From Bacilli bacterium (GTDB taxonomy: Bacteria; Bacillota_I; Bacilli_A; RF39; UBA660), in assembly GCA_037071015.1 (NCBI GenBank), contig JBAMOY010000001.1, forward strand, positions 1,072,847-1,136,846: 64,000 nucleotides of DNA, in the 5' to 3' direction. The stretch's first letter is position 1. Each line of letters opens with the position of its first letter. The position numbers and the translations under genes are program-made. The notes under the pieces were generated by a model. That model had not been told where the DNA came from and ran no database searches. It was given only the letters and a program-made list of their open reading frames with translations. Positions 11,074 through 21,940 of the stretch are shown here, piece after piece.

Positions 11074-12042
11074 ATGAATATTACAATTCTAGGTGCTGGA
11101 GCATTTGCTTGTGCTTTAGCAACAATTTTTAACAGAAAAACACTAAATGTAACTATTTGGTCAAAATTGGAAAATGAAATCAATTATATTAAAGATAACC
11201 ATCACTGTATGAATGAAAAAAGTATTATTGTTGATGAAAATATTGCGCTAACTAGTGACCTAAAATTCGCTGTAGCTAATTGCCAAGTAATAATAATTGC
11301 TATTCCAGCTCCTTTTTGCAAAGAAGTATTTCAAGAATTAAAATCTTACTATAATAATCAATATATTATAATAGCCACAAAAGGAATAGATACTAAATCA
11401 TGCATGTTTGTAAGTGAAATTTTAACTAAAACAATTAAGAGTAAACGTGTAAGTGTAATTTCAGGACCTTCGTTTGCTGTTGATATAGCGAATAAAGTCC
11501 CAACTGGACTATCACTAGCATCTAAAAACAAAAAAAACACCGATGTTATTAAAAGCATTATCGATAACGAGCATATTACTGTTTACCCAACTACTGATGT
11601 TATTGGAACAGAAATATGTGGAGCAATCAAAAATGTTATAGCAATAGCTTCGGGAATAATTAAAGGTTTGAATTTACCAGAAACAACACAAGCGATGTTC
11701 ATCACTGATTCACTGCATGATATCAAAGAATTAATAAATAAATTGGGTGGAAAACGTGACACAATTCTTTCTTATGCTGGATTTGGAGATTTACTTCTAA
11801 CCTGTACAAGTCCAAAAAGCAGAAATTTTTCTTTTGGCATGGTTGTTGCAACCTCTGATAAGAATACTATAGATAAGTACCTTCAAAATCATACCGTTGA
11901 AGGAGTAAATACTTTAGCTACAATTTATAAATTAATCAAAAGAAAAAAAATCAAAATTCCAATTATCGACTGTATCTATAAAATTGTCATCGAAGGAAAA
12001 GCTCCGCAAAGCATTATCGACGTAATAAACAATCGAAAATAA
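11074..12042 (+). CDS. gpsA: NAD(P)H-dependent glycerol-3-phosphate dehydrogenase
   Basis: Start is the internal MNITILGAGAFACA (Rossmann GxGxxG) with a GAGGTG RBS. The track ORF starts 120 nt earlier without an RBS. Confidence 0.9.
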   Translation: MNITILGAGAFACALATIFNRKTLNVTIWSKLENEINYIKDNHHCMNEKSIIVDENIALTSDLKFAVANCQVIIIAIPAPFCKEVFQELKSYYNNQYIIIATKGIDTKSCMFVSEILTKTIKSKRVSVISGPSFAVDIANKVPTGLSLASKNKKNTDVIKSIIDNEHITVYPTTDVIGTEICGAIKNVIAIASGIIKGLNLPETTQAMFITDSLHDIKELINKLGGKRDTILSYAGFGDLLLTCTSPKSRNFSFGMVVATSDKNTIDKYLQNHTVEGVNTLATIYKLIKRKKIKIPIIDCIYKIVIEGKAPQSIIDVINNRK

Positions 12043-12069
12043 AAAAACCATTTATAAAATGGTTTTTTA
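12043..12069. terminator. bidirectional intrinsic terminator (gpsA / rpsR)
   Basis: AAAAACCATTTATAAAATGGTTTTT hairpin flanked by A and T tracts. Confidence 0.6.
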
Positions 12070-12285
12070 TTTAACAAATGGGATTAAAGCCATAAAACGA
12101 GCTTTTTTTACTTCGTTTGCAATATGTCTTTGGTGTCTTGCACAAGCACCAGTAATACGCTTAGGTAAAATTTTATGTGTATCATTACTTATGTATTTTT
12201 TGACAATATCGACATCTTTATAATCTACACTTTTACCAGCGCACATTTGACATATTTTTTTCTTTTTTCTATAAAATTCAGCCAT
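12067..12285 (-). CDS. rpsR: 30S ribosomal protein S18
   Basis: 72 aa. PKRITGACARHQR motif. Part of rpsF-ssb-rpsR. Confidence 0.93.
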   Translation of the reverse strand: MAEFYRKKKKICQMCAGKSVDYKDVDIVKKYISNDTHKILPKRITGACARHQRHIANEVKKARFMALIPFVK

Positions 12286-12301
12286 TATATTTCTCCTTCT
12301 T

Positions 12302-12769
12302 TTAGTCTAAGAAGTTATCATCGATAGAAACGCTATCACCAAAATCAGCAAATGGATCATCAGACACATTTACATCATTCGTATATCCACTGTTGTTTTC
12401 CTGATAATCATATGGACTAGCATCATTTGCTGCAGAACGAGACTGAGCTTGACCTTTGCTCTCCAAAAATTGAACAGAATCAGCAACAACATCCATAGTA
12501 TAACGTTTATTACCGTCCTTATCATCATAACTTCCTGTTTGTAATCTACCCTCGATAGAAACTAAACTCCCTTTATCTAAATAATTGCATGTATTTTCAG
12601 CTTGCTTACGCCAAACAATAATATTTATAAAGTCAGTTTCTCTTTGACCTTGAGCATTACTAAAAGTTCTATTTACTGCGACAGAAAATCTAGCAAATGG
12701 AACATTAGAACCTGTATATCTTAACTCAGGTTTAGCAGTCAATCTGCCAATAAGCATTACTCGGTTCAT
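12302..12769 (-). CDS. ssb: single-stranded DNA-binding protein
   Basis: 155 aa. OB fold and acidic C-terminal DDPFADF...DDNFLD tail. Confidence 0.93.
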   Translation of the reverse strand: MNRVMLIGRLTAKPELRYTGSNVPFARFSVAVNRTFSNAQGQRETDFINIIVWRKQAENTCNYLDKGSLVSIEGRLQTGSYDDKDGNKRYTMDVVADSVQFLESKGQAQSRSAANDASPYDYQENNSGYTNDVNVSDDPFADFGDSVSIDDNFLD

Positions 12770-12783
12770 AAAATACCTCTATT

Positions 12784-13074
12784 CTACTTTTCGATTTTTG
12801 TAATTAGATGGCGAATAATATCACCACTAATTAATGCTAGACGATCAAATTCTTTAATTGCTTTATCATCAGAAGCTTCAACTTCTAAAACATAATAAAA
12901 TCCGCTTTTATACTTTTTAATTTCATAAGCTAATTCTCTTTGACCCATCTCTGTTTCACCTGCTATAGTGCCACCATTATCACTAATAATCTTTTTAAAA
13001 TCAGTGATAACTTTTTTAGTATCTTCCTCAGATAAAGTAGGTTTTACTATAAACATGATTTCATAATTACGCAT
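12784..13074 (-). CDS. rpsF: 30S ribosomal protein S6
   Basis: Start at ATG giving MRNYEIMFIV (B. subtilis has MRKYEVMYII), with an AAGGAGGTG RBS. The track starts two codons earlier at a GTG. Confidence 0.92.
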   Translation of the reverse strand: MRNYEIMFIVKPTLSEEDTKKVITDFKKIISDNGGTIAGETEMGQRELAYEIKKYKSGFYYVLEVEASDDKAIKEFDRLALISGDIIRHLITKIEK

Positions 13075-13150
13075 TTCCACACCTCCTTATGGTCTAATAG
13101 GCTGCATAGCAGCAAGGAGTAAATTAATACTCGCATAGAATTATATCAAA
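13075..13150 (-). promoter_or_regulatory. structured rpsF 5' leader (candidate S6:S18 autoregulatory element)
   Basis: Leader reads ACUCCUUGCUGCUAUGCAGCCUAUUAGACCAUAAGGAGGUG. A GCUGC-UAU-GCAGC hairpin sits inside CUCCUU...AAGGAG pairing that includes the RBS. Confidence 0.35.
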
Positions 13151-13211
13151 CTTTTTAACAAAAGTAAATAAAAAATTCTACATTAAAAAATATTAATATA
13201 TATCTAATTAT

Positions 13212-13244
13212 ATAACAAAAAAGACTCAATTAAATATTGAATCT
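13212..13244 (-). terminator. ychF intrinsic terminator overlapping the stop codon
   Basis: AGAUUCAAU-AUUUA-AUUGAGUCU hairpin followed by a U tract on the minus strand. Confidence 0.5.
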
Positions 13245-14330
13245 AAATGTGCAAATGTCACCGTCCTGCATAACATAGTCTTTTCCTTCCAAACGAAGCT
13301 TTCCTGCTTCTCTAACTCCTTTTTCACTTCCACACTCTTTTAAATCATCATAGCTAATAACCTCAGCCTTGATAAAGCCTTTTTGAAAATCAGTATGAAT
13401 TATACCAGCGCACTCTGGAGCTTTCATTCCTCGCCGAAAAGTCCAAGCCCTAACCTCATCACTACCAGCAGTAAAGTATGTTGCTAACCCCAAGAGAGAG
13501 TATGTAGCCTTAATTAATTTATCCAAACCACTTTCTTCAATTCCTAACTCTTTCAGAAATAATACTTTATCATTATCTTCAAGTTCACTCAGTTCAGACT
13601 CGATTTTGGCACAAACAACAATAACACTATTATTTTCTTTGGCTGCATATTTTTTTACTTCACTAACATATACGTTATCTTCAGTAGCAGCATCCACCTC
13701 AGCTACATTGGCCATATATATGATTGGTTTAGCAGTTAAAAAATGAAATGGTTTTATTATTAATTGTTCATCAGCATCCATATCTAAATTACGAATAGGC
13801 AGATTTTTTTCAAGATTAGCTTTTATTTTTTCTAAAACAGCTACCTCTTTTTGTGTTTCCTTATCATTAGACATTTTAGCTTTTTTACCAATTCGATTCA
13901 AGCGATTATCAACAACCTCTAAATCCGCTAAAATAAGTTCAATATTGATAATTTCAATATCGCGAATAGGATCAACATTACCATCAACATGAATAATATT
14001 ATTATCATCAAAGCATCTAACCACTTCGACAATTGCATCAACTTCCCTAATATTTGATAAAAACTTATTTCCTAATCCTTCACCATTTGAAGCACCTTTG
14101 ACTAATCCGGCAATATCCGTAAACTCAAAAGTAGTAGGTATCATTCTCTCAGGAATATATAATTCTTCCAAATATGCCAAACGCTCATCTGGAACAGTAA
14201 CAACTCCCACATTTGGTTCAATAGTAGCAAACGGATAATTCGCTGCTAATATGTTCTTTTTTGTAATCGCATTAAAAAGGGTTGATTTGCCAACATTAGG
14301 TAAACCAACAATTCCTGCCGTTAAACTCAT
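13230..14330 (-). CDS. ychF: ribosome-binding ATPase YchF
   Basis: 366 aa. GLPNVGKST P-loop and TGS domain. Same neighbourhood as B. subtilis yyaF. Confidence 0.93.
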   Translation of the reverse strand: MSLTAGIVGLPNVGKSTLFNAITKKNILAANYPFATIEPNVGVVTVPDERLAYLEELYIPERMIPTTFEFTDIAGLVKGASNGEGLGNKFLSNIREVDAIVEVVRCFDDNNIIHVDGNVDPIRDIEIINIELILADLEVVDNRLNRIGKKAKMSNDKETQKEVAVLEKIKANLEKNLPIRNLDMDADEQLIIKPFHFLTAKPIIYMANVAEVDAATEDNVYVSEVKKYAAKENNSVIVVCAKIESELSELEDNDKVLFLKELGIEESGLDKLIKATYSLLGLATYFTAGSDEVRAWTFRRGMKAPECAGIIHTDFQKGFIKAEVISYDDLKECGSEKGVREAGKLRLEGKDYVMQDGDICTFRFNI

Positions 14331-14340
14331 AAATACCTCC

Positions 14341-15870
14341 TTATAAAGTTGCTAATCCACCAATACCTATTGGTAATCCAGAAATATACCAACTAATAAT
14401 AATTAACATCCATAATAAAATAAAAGTGATAACTACTGGTAAAATGGTTTTGTAAAATTTGCTAAATGCATCAAATTGCCCATTGCGATTATTATACTTA
14501 CGCAATAAAGCAATTAAAATAATAAAATATCCAAATAATGGTGTCAAAGCTCTTCCAATACCACTACTAACTCCATAAATAAATTGCGTAAATTCTGGTG
14601 CAATATTAGCTCGCATAAACAAAGGAACAATTAGTGGAGAAATTAGAATCCACTTGTCTAACACAGATGGTATAAATAATGAAATAATAATAGTAAATAG
14701 GATAAATAAAATAATCAATGGAATGCCTGATAATTGTAATCTAGCTAAAACATCCATTAAATTCGCCGCGATTACCTCTCCAATTCCCGTCCATTTCATT
14801 ATAGCAATCAGTTGAGAAAAGATAAAACTTAAAATAAACATTAATCCTAAACCATCAAAAACGTTTGATAAACTATCTGTATAAACTTTATTATCTTTAA
14901 TATTTTTAGATGCTTTACCATAGATATACCCGCAAACAATAAAAATCAAAGCTATAATAAATACAAAAGCATTTCTAAATGGCGAGTCATATCCGAATAG
15001 TTGAGCAATATATTGTTCTTCACTTGTATTTAAAAGCCACCCAGACCATGGCAATCCTGGTATAATTGCATAAGCAATCAGTAGCACTATTATTCCAAAA
15101 GCAATTAAAGAATATTTTTTAGCCTGACGCGATTCAATTATTTCATCATTTTCTTCTATTATATTATAACTTTTAGTAAACTTGGGTAATAACATTTTAT
15201 TAATAATTACAAATCCAGCAAATATTATAACAATCATTGAACCGAGAGATATATATAAAGTAGAAATCATATTATAAGTATAATTTTTATCCACCTCTAC
15301 TCTGGCAGCGGTCTGTGTTAAGTTACCTAATAAATAATTATCATAGCTAAAAATTAAACATGCTCCTTGTCCAATTGTTAAACCAAAAAAAGCAACTATT
15401 AATCCAATAACAGGATTTTTACCAATATTTTTATAAAACACAGCTACTAATGGTAGTACAATGGCAAAACTATATTCCCCAAAAATACCACTTATAATAG
15501 AAAAAAACAAAGTAAAAACAATAATCTTATTGAATTTAATATTTCTAAATTTAGAAAAGAATGCCTTAAATAAACCACTAATTTCCGCAACGCCAATCCC
15601 AACCAATGATATTAACATTACTAAAAGAGGTTCAAAATTAGAAAAATTATTAATAAGGTTATTAAAAAAATATTGAATTCCCTTCAAACTAAAAATATTT
15701 TTGATTGTTATCAAAGAGGTTTCTAGTCCTCCACTAACAATCGAAGTTTTTTGACCCTCAAAACCAATAATAGCTAATAAAGCAGTTACTATTACTAGAG
15801 TCATAGAAATTATTAAAGATGAGAAAATTAAACTTTTTTTACATTTTTTATTCTTTTGTTTTGTTGTCAT
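14341..15870 (-). CDS. AbgT/MtrF-family transporter
   Basis: 509 aa polytopic. NFSNFEPLLVMLISLVGIGVAE and C-terminal WYISGLPIGIGG align with E. coli AbgT (NFSGFAPLGAILALVLGAGLAE ... WYLVGLPIGPG). Confidence 0.7.
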   Translation of the reverse strand: MTTKQKNKKCKKSLIFSSLIISMTLVIVTALLAIIGFEGQKTSIVSGGLETSLITIKNIFSLKGIQYFFNNLINNFSNFEPLLVMLISLVGIGVAEISGLFKAFFSKFRNIKFNKIIVFTLFFSIISGIFGEYSFAIVLPLVAVFYKNIGKNPVIGLIVAFFGLTIGQGACLIFSYDNYLLGNLTQTAARVEVDKNYTYNMISTLYISLGSMIVIIFAGFVIINKMLLPKFTKSYNIIEENDEIIESRQAKKYSLIAFGIIVLLIAYAIIPGLPWSGWLLNTSEEQYIAQLFGYDSPFRNAFVFIIALIFIVCGYIYGKASKNIKDNKVYTDSLSNVFDGLGLMFILSFIFSQLIAIMKWTGIGEVIAANLMDVLARLQLSGIPLIILFILFTIIISLFIPSVLDKWILISPLIVPLFMRANIAPEFTQFIYGVSSGIGRALTPLFGYFIILIALLRKYNNRNGQFDAFSKFYKTILPVVITFILLWMLIIISWYISGLPIGIGGLATL

Positions 15871-15878
15871 AAAATCTC

Positions 15879-16061
15879 CTACTTAATTATTTTTTTTAAC
15901 TTTTTATTAAATTCGATGCGCGGTAACATTATAGTCCTTCCACAATTGCAACATTTTATTTTTATATCTGCACCAATTCTAACAATCTCCCATTCATTGG
16001 TACCACAAGGATGGGGTTTTTTCATTATGACAATATCATGTAGATTATAATTTTTTTCCAT
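15879..16061 (-). CDS. small DUF951 / YyzM-like protein
   Basis: 60 aa with CxxC-type cysteines. Same slot as B. subtilis yyzM next to ychF. Confidence 0.45.
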   Translation of the reverse strand: MEKNYNLHDIVIMKKPHPCGTNEWEIVRIGADIKIKCCNCGRTIMLPRIEFNKKLKKIIK

Positions 16062-16851
16062 TATGAATCACCACTTGCTTATAAGGTATTTCTATGTTTT
16101 TACAATCAAATGTTACTTTAACTTCCTTTAAAATTTCTCTTTGAATACGATAATGTTCCATTGCTTCAGTTTCAACCACAATGCGATATACAATAGCTGA
16201 TTCATCAAAACTATTTATTCCCAATAATTCAACATCACCTTTTATACCCTTTAAACTTTTAGTTAATTGCGTACAAAGAGAAGTTAATATATCTTCAATC
16301 TTTTGGTTATCCTCGTCATATGATACAGGAATATCAACGATAGCTAAAGAATTAGCTAAACTATGATTAGTTATTTGTGTTATTTCTCTATTTGAAATAA
16401 TCATTATTTCTCCAGTATAAGCTTTAATTTTTGTTGTCTTCATTCCTAGGCTAATAACTTCTCCCTTAAAACCATTAATTGTAACAGTATCACCAATTTG
16501 ATATTGATTATCAAAAATAATAAAAGTTCCTGCCACAAAGTCTTTAAGTGTATCCTGAATTGCTAAACCAACAACAACACCAACTACACCAAGTGAAGCA
16601 ATGATACTTTTAGTATTGACACCATAAACATCCAAAATAAGTAAAATGGCCAATATAACTAAAAAATACTTGACTACGTTATTAATTAAACTAAGTAATG
16701 TCTTCTGCCTTTGTGAAATTTTTTTCTTGTTTTTAATATTAAACGCATGATGAACTAAAGCTTTAAAAAGCCGATATATTAATATGCAAATTATTATTAT
16801 TATAATAGGGTCAATTACTTCTTTAACTAAAAACTTTTCGAAAAAATCCAT
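16045..16851 (-). CDS. mechanosensitive ion channel, MscS family
   Basis: 268 aa. TM helices followed by the MscS beta-domain (GDTVTINGFKGEVISLGMKTTKI). Confidence 0.85.
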   Translation of the reverse strand: MDFFEKFLVKEVIDPIIIIIICILIYRLFKALVHHAFNIKNKKKISQRQKTLLSLINNVVKYFLVILAILLILDVYGVNTKSIIASLGVVGVVVGLAIQDTLKDFVAGTFIIFDNQYQIGDTVTINGFKGEVISLGMKTTKIKAYTGEIMIISNREITQITNHSLANSLAIVDIPVSYDEDNQKIEDILTSLCTQLTKSLKGIKGDVELLGINSFDESAIVYRIVVETEAMEHYRIQREILKEVKVTFDCKNIEIPYKQVVIHNGKKL

Positions 16852-16855
16852 ATAA

Positions 16856-17743
16856 TTATTCCTTTACATTTATTATTTCTAATATACGATTTAAATCGGC
16901 GTCATTGGTAAAACCAATTATAATCTTATTATCCTTAATTTTAATCCTTGAATCAAATTTGTTTTCTAAAAGTTCTTCAACATATTTGTAATTATTATCT
17001 GTTTGTTTACGCTCAATTTTAATTTTACGATCCAACATAGGATTATCGCTAGCCATTTCCTCTAAACGACGAACACTAAAATTTTCATCAACTATTTTTT
17101 TAGCTAAATCGATAATTTTATCGTCGCCATCTAACTTACTAAGAACACGCGCATGCCCCATTGATATTTGTTTTTTGTTTACCATTTCTTGAACTTGCAT
17201 TGGCAAGCGAAGTAAACCTAACATATTAGTTATATGACTACGACTCTTACCCACTTTTAATGCTAATTCCTCTTGTGTTAAATTTAGATTATTTAACAAA
17301 TTTTGATAAGCTTGAGCTTCCTCAATAGCCGATAGGTTTTCACGTTGTAAATTTTCTAACAATGCTATCTCCATCATTTGTTCATCGGTAAAGTCTCGAA
17401 CAATAGCCGGTATTGATGTTAACCCAGCTAACTTACTGGCACGATAGCGTCGTTCTCCAGCAATTATCTCATATCCTTTTATACTTCTTTTAACAATAAT
17501 CGGTTGAAAAACACCATGTTCTTTAATAGATGACGCTAACTCTTTTAAGCTTTCATCAGTAAAAACAGTTCGTGGTTGATAAGGATTAGGACGTAATTGT
17601 TCTAACGGTATATCAATAATTTCTTCAGCACTAGTTGTTTCATAAATATTCTTTTCAATACTATTGATATCTATATTATCACTATTAAAGAGTTCTTCTA
17701 AGCCTCTACCTAACGCTCTTTTTTTATTTTCCATTTCTTTCAA
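16856..17743 (-). CDS. parB: chromosome partitioning protein ParB/Spo0J
   Basis: 295 aa. GERRYRAS ParB box and HTH. Downstream of parA. Confidence 0.92.
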   Translation of the reverse strand: MKEMENKKRALGRGLEELFNSDNIDINSIEKNIYETTSAEEIIDIPLEQLRPNPYQPRTVFTDESLKELASSIKEHGVFQPIIVKRSIKGYEIIAGERRYRASKLAGLTSIPAIVRDFTDEQMMEIALLENLQRENLSAIEEAQAYQNLLNNLNLTQEELALKVGKSRSHITNMLGLLRLPMQVQEMVNKKQISMGHARVLSKLDGDDKIIDLAKKIVDENFSVRRLEEMASDNPMLDRKIKIERKQTDNNYKYVEELLENKFDSRIKIKDNKIIIGFTNDADLNRILEIINVKE

Positions 17744-18509
17744 TCACTTCCTTTGCTAAATTTAAATATGCTTCTGTTCCACGACTCTGTGGATCATATG
17801 CAATAATTGGCTTCCCATGACTTGGAGCTTCAGATAATCTAACTAGACGTGGAATTATAGTATCATATACACGTTCTTTGAAATAACTCTTAATATCTTC
17901 TACTACTTCTAAACCTAAATTAGTGCGATTATCTAGCATTGTAAGTAAAACACCCTCAATATCTAATTGGGGATTTAAGTTCTTTTGTGCTAACATAATT
18001 GTGTTAAGTAATTGCATAATTCCTTCCAAAGCAAAGAACTCACATTGAACAGGAATAATAACTGAATCTGCGGCTGTCAAAGCATTAGTAGTTAGAATTC
18101 CTAAGGAAGGCGGACAATCAATAATTATATAGTCAAAAACATCCTTAATTGTATCTAGATTCTTTTTTAACTGACCACCCTTTGAAAAGCCCGGACGATT
18201 TCTTCCCATGTCAATTAATTCAATATCGGCACCAGCTAAATTAATAGTTGCTGGAATAACATAAAGATTTTTGAAATTAGTTTTAATAATAACCTCCGAT
18301 AGAATTGCTCTATCAGTTAATAAATCATATATGCTCTTACCAATATCACCCTTATTTATTCCAACACCCGTAGTAGTATTGCCTTGTGGGTCTAAATCAA
18401 TCAATAAAACCTTCTTCTTTAAAACACCTAAAGAGGCTGCCAAATTTATACTAGAAGTCGTTTTACCAACTCCTCCTTTTTGATTAACTAAAGCAATGAT
18501 TTTACCCAT
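17724..18509 (-). CDS. parA: chromosome partitioning ATPase ParA/Soj
   Basis: Start at MGKIIALVNQKGGVGKTT (deviant Walker A). The track ORF has 15 extra N-terminal residues. Confidence 0.9.
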   Translation of the reverse strand: MGKIIALVNQKGGVGKTTSSINLAASLGVLKKKVLLIDLDPQGNTTTGVGINKGDIGKSIYDLLTDRAILSEVIIKTNFKNLYVIPATINLAGADIELIDMGRNRPGFSKGGQLKKNLDTIKDVFDYIIIDCPPSLGILTTNALTAADSVIIPVQCEFFALEGIMQLLNTIMLAQKNLNPQLDIEGVLLTMLDNRTNLGLEVVEDIKSYFKERVYDTIIPRLVRLSEAPSHGKPIIAYDPQSRGTEAYLNLAKEVIERNGK

Positions 18510-18600
18510 ACTATCACCATTTTCTATATAGAATACTATAATATATTTTAACATATTATAGTAAATAAAGCTATTATATTTTTGAGTTTTATTTTTCTAT

Positions 18601-18630
18601 CAACAAAAAGAGGAACTACTCTTGTTCCTC
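18601..18630 (-). terminator. ftsH intrinsic terminator overlapping the stop codon
   Basis: GAGGAAC-AAGAGUA-GUUCCUC then UUUUUG on the minus strand. Confidence 0.6.
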
Positions 18631-20577
18631 AATTGCTTTGGCAAGTTCTTCCTTAGTCATTTTAGAATATCCCTTAATTTCTTTTTCTTTAGCAATATTA
18701 CGTAATTCCTCAAGCGTTTTATCAAGTATATCCTCATTATAATTAGGCATATGTCCGTTTTTTACCAAATAATCTATTTCTTCTTTCGTTATTGTTTCGT
18801 TTTCAAGTAAAGCATTAGCTATAAGATCTAATAAATCTCTATTAGCTTTAATTATATCAGTTGTTTTTTTATAACATTCATTAATAATTTTACGTTGTTC
18901 TTGATCAATTTCAAAAGCTACCTGACTTGAAAAATTACGACTTTTATTATAGTCACGGCCTAAAAATACACTAGACTCTTGGTGTTCAAATTGCACCGGT
19001 CCTAAATCACTCATGCCATATTCTGTTACCATAGCACGCGCAATTTTAGTTGCCTTTTCAAAATCATTATGTGCACCAGTTGTAACTTCTTTGAACATCA
19101 ATTCTTCAGCAACTCTTCCTCCAAGCAAACCACTAATAGTTTCTAAAAGTTCTGTTTTAGTCTGAAGATACGTTTCTTCCTTAGGCAACATTAAATTATA
19201 ACCGCCAGCCGCGCCACGTGGTATAATGGTAATTTTTTGAACATCATTTGCTCCATCCAACTTCAAACCCACAACGGCATGACCAGCTTCATGATAAGCA
19301 ACGACTTTCTTTTCTTTTTCATTATATTTATGGCTCTTTTTGGCAGGACCCATTAAAACACGATCATGTGCTTCATCTATTTCGGCCATACTTATAGAAT
19401 CTTTGTTTCGACGAACAGCTAATAAGGCCGCTTCATTTAATAAATTCTCTAAATCAGCTCCACTAAATCCAACTGTTCTTTTAGCAATATTTTTTAAATT
19501 AACTGTTTTATCAAAAGTTTTACCCTTGGCATGAACATTTAAAATCTCTTCTCTACCTTTAATATCAGGAAGATTAACTGTTACCTGACGATCAAAACGA
19601 CCAGGACGCAATAGAGCAGGATCTAAAACATCTGGACGATTAGTTGCCGCGATGATTATAATTCCTTCATTTGCTCCAAAACCATCCATTTCTGTTAAGA
19701 GTTGATTTAATGTTTGCTCGCGTTCATCATGACCCCCACCTAAACCAGCTCCACGTTGACGACCAACAGCATCGATTTCATCGATAAAAATCAAACAAGG
19801 GGCATTATGTTTAGCTTGCTTAAACATATCACGAACACGACTTGCACCAACTCCGACAAATAATTCCACAAAATCTGAACCACTTATATAATAAAATGGC
19901 ACATTAGCTTCACCAGCAACTGCACGAGCTAATAATGTCTTCCCAGTTCCCGGAGGACCAACCAATAATACTCCCTTTGGAATTCTAGCACCCAAACGTT
20001 GGAATTTCTTTGGGTTTTTTAAAAAATCAATTAACTCTGAAACTTCCTCTTTTTCTTCATCTAAACCAGCAACTTGCTCAAAAGTAACTTTTTTACTATC
20101 CTCATTCAAACGAGCCCGACTTTTGCCAAAGTCCATTGATTTATTTGCTGAATTCATTTGACGAGTAATAAAGAAGAAAGCAACACCAATTAATAATACC
20201 ATTGGTAAAACATTAACTAAAAATAACAGTAATGTGCTAGACTCAGGGTCATTTTCGGTGTTTACTTTAAAACCAAAATTTTCTTCAGCTTTTAATATTT
20301 TAGTCATTACTTCATCAGACATAGGAACACGGACGAAAAAACTTTCATCTTGATTATAATTTTCAAGTATCCCTGTAATCTCATATACACTAGCACGACT
20401 ACGAGGTGTTATAACAATTTCCTCAACCTTACCTTCTTCTGCTAGATTCATAAACTTATCATATGTTAATACATTAACCTTTTGGTTCAAAATGCCAAAA
20501 AAGTACATTACACAAATGATAAATATAAAAATAAATATATATGGAAAAAGACCTCTTTTAATTGTTTTTTTATTCAT
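18616..20577 (-). CDS. ftsH: ATP-dependent zinc metalloprotease FtsH
   Basis: 653 aa. N-terminal TMs, AAA module (GPPGTGKT) and HEAGH zinc site. Confidence 0.95.
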   Translation of the reverse strand: MNKKTIKRGLFPYIFIFIFIICVMYFFGILNQKVNVLTYDKFMNLAEEGKVEEIVITPRSRASVYEITGILENYNQDESFFVRVPMSDEVMTKILKAEENFGFKVNTENDPESSTLLLFLVNVLPMVLLIGVAFFFITRQMNSANKSMDFGKSRARLNEDSKKVTFEQVAGLDEEKEEVSELIDFLKNPKKFQRLGARIPKGVLLVGPPGTGKTLLARAVAGEANVPFYYISGSDFVELFVGVGASRVRDMFKQAKHNAPCLIFIDEIDAVGRQRGAGLGGGHDEREQTLNQLLTEMDGFGANEGIIIIAATNRPDVLDPALLRPGRFDRQVTVNLPDIKGREEILNVHAKGKTFDKTVNLKNIAKRTVGFSGADLENLLNEAALLAVRRNKDSISMAEIDEAHDRVLMGPAKKSHKYNEKEKKVVAYHEAGHAVVGLKLDGANDVQKITIIPRGAAGGYNLMLPKEETYLQTKTELLETISGLLGGRVAEELMFKEVTTGAHNDFEKATKIARAMVTEYGMSDLGPVQFEHQESSVFLGRDYNKSRNFSSQVAFEIDQEQRKIINECYKKTTDIIKANRDLLDLIANALLENETITKEEIDYLVKNGHMPNYNEDILDKTLEELRNIAKEKEIKGYSKMTKEELAKAIEEQE

Positions 20578-20593
20578 TTATTTTGCTCCTTTC

Positions 20594-21940
20594 TTAATTG
20601 TACTTAAGTATTATATCATATTTTTCATACATTTGCTTATCAAATTTACTTTTCTTAAGCCCCGGTAACCAGATAATTTCACCATTATTATCTGTTACAA
20701 TAGGCCAAGTATCTCTTTCTTTTATGCTAATCTTTTTATCAGTAAAAATATCATTTACTTTTCTTTTCCCATTCATACCTTTAACAGCAAGTTTATCGCC
20801 ATTATTTCTCGTTCTAACATGAATTGGTAAAGATATCTCACAGCTATTTAACAAACACACATAATTGCTGTTTTTTTCAGTAGAATTAATTATTTCAATC
20901 GTATGCCCATTAGGCAAATCTACATATTTATCAAATATAATGTTATATTTTTTCGGTATCAAATTTTGCTTTTCTAAACTTAAATTATCATAATCTTTAA
21001 TAGCTATAACATTATTGGGCAATTCTATACTTGTATTAGACTTGCCATTATTTATCAAACGATATAAGGCATCAACATGACGCTTAGTAATTTTATTTAT
21101 TTCCTCTTTATAATATGAATTTAGCCATTTGTGTAGAATATTAATTTGAATTAATTTTTCTTCCATTACCATTTTATTAATATCTAAATTATTGTCAATA
21201 CATATTAATTGATATTTAGACATCACAATTTTATCAACATAATTATAATAGTCAAATAAAACCTCACTAAATTGAGAGAATTTATTTAAAATGTTAGAAT
21301 TTTCTTCCTTCAGCTTAGGAATAACATACTTTCTAAAACGATTTCGCGTATAAGTATCTTTAATATTAGATCTATCTATAGCATATGGGACGCCCTTTTT
21401 TTTAACATAAAATAACAAATCATCCTTTGAAACATTTATAAGTGGCCTAATAACACTATATTTATCTAACAACGAAACTTTTGCAAAACCAGCATAACCT
21501 TTAAGCGTAGACCCACGATTTATACGCATTAAAATAGTTTCTGCTAAATCATCAGCGTGATGAGCTGTAAATAAATATTTAGCTTGATATTTTTTAATAA
21601 GCTTTTCAAAAAATTCATAACGTTTCTTTCTAGCATCATCATGAAAATTACCTTTATTATAGGTTAAAATTTCCATATATTCAAAAATCACATCATTTTT
21701 ATGACAATAATTTTCAACCATATCTTTTTCTTGTTTACTTTCGATACGCATATTATGATTAACATGAGCACAAATTATTTTAAAACCTAATTTTGTTTTA
21801 ACATCTATTAACAGTGATAATAACGCCATGGAATCTGGACCACCAGAAACGGCTACGACAATAACATCATTACCATTCAATTGATAGTTGTTTAAGATAT
21901 CTAAATAAACTTGTCTCATCATTTCACTCTTCTTTACCAT
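20594..21940 (-). CDS. tilS: tRNA(Ile)-lysidine synthetase
   Basis: 448 aa, SGGPDS PP-loop. Precedes ftsH as in Bacillus, but with no hprT between. Confidence 0.9.
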   Translation of the reverse strand: MVKKSEMMRQVYLDILNNYQLNGNDVIVVAVSGGPDSMALLSLLIDVKTKLGFKIICAHVNHNMRIESKQEKDMVENYCHKNDVIFEYMEILTYNKGNFHDDARKKRYEFFEKLIKKYQAKYLFTAHHADDLAETILMRINRGSTLKGYAGFAKVSLLDKYSVIRPLINVSKDDLLFYVKKKGVPYAIDRSNIKDTYTRNRFRKYVIPKLKEENSNILNKFSQFSEVLFDYYNYVDKIVMSKYQLICIDNNLDINKMVMEEKLIQINILHKWLNSYYKEEINKITKRHVDALYRLINNGKSNTSIELPNNVIAIKDYDNLSLEKQNLIPKKYNIIFDKYVDLPNGHTIEIINSTEKNSNYVCLLNSCEISLPIHVRTRNNGDKLAVKGMNGKRKVNDIFTDKKISIKERDTWPIVTDNNGEIIWLPGLKKSKFDKQMYEKYDIILKYN

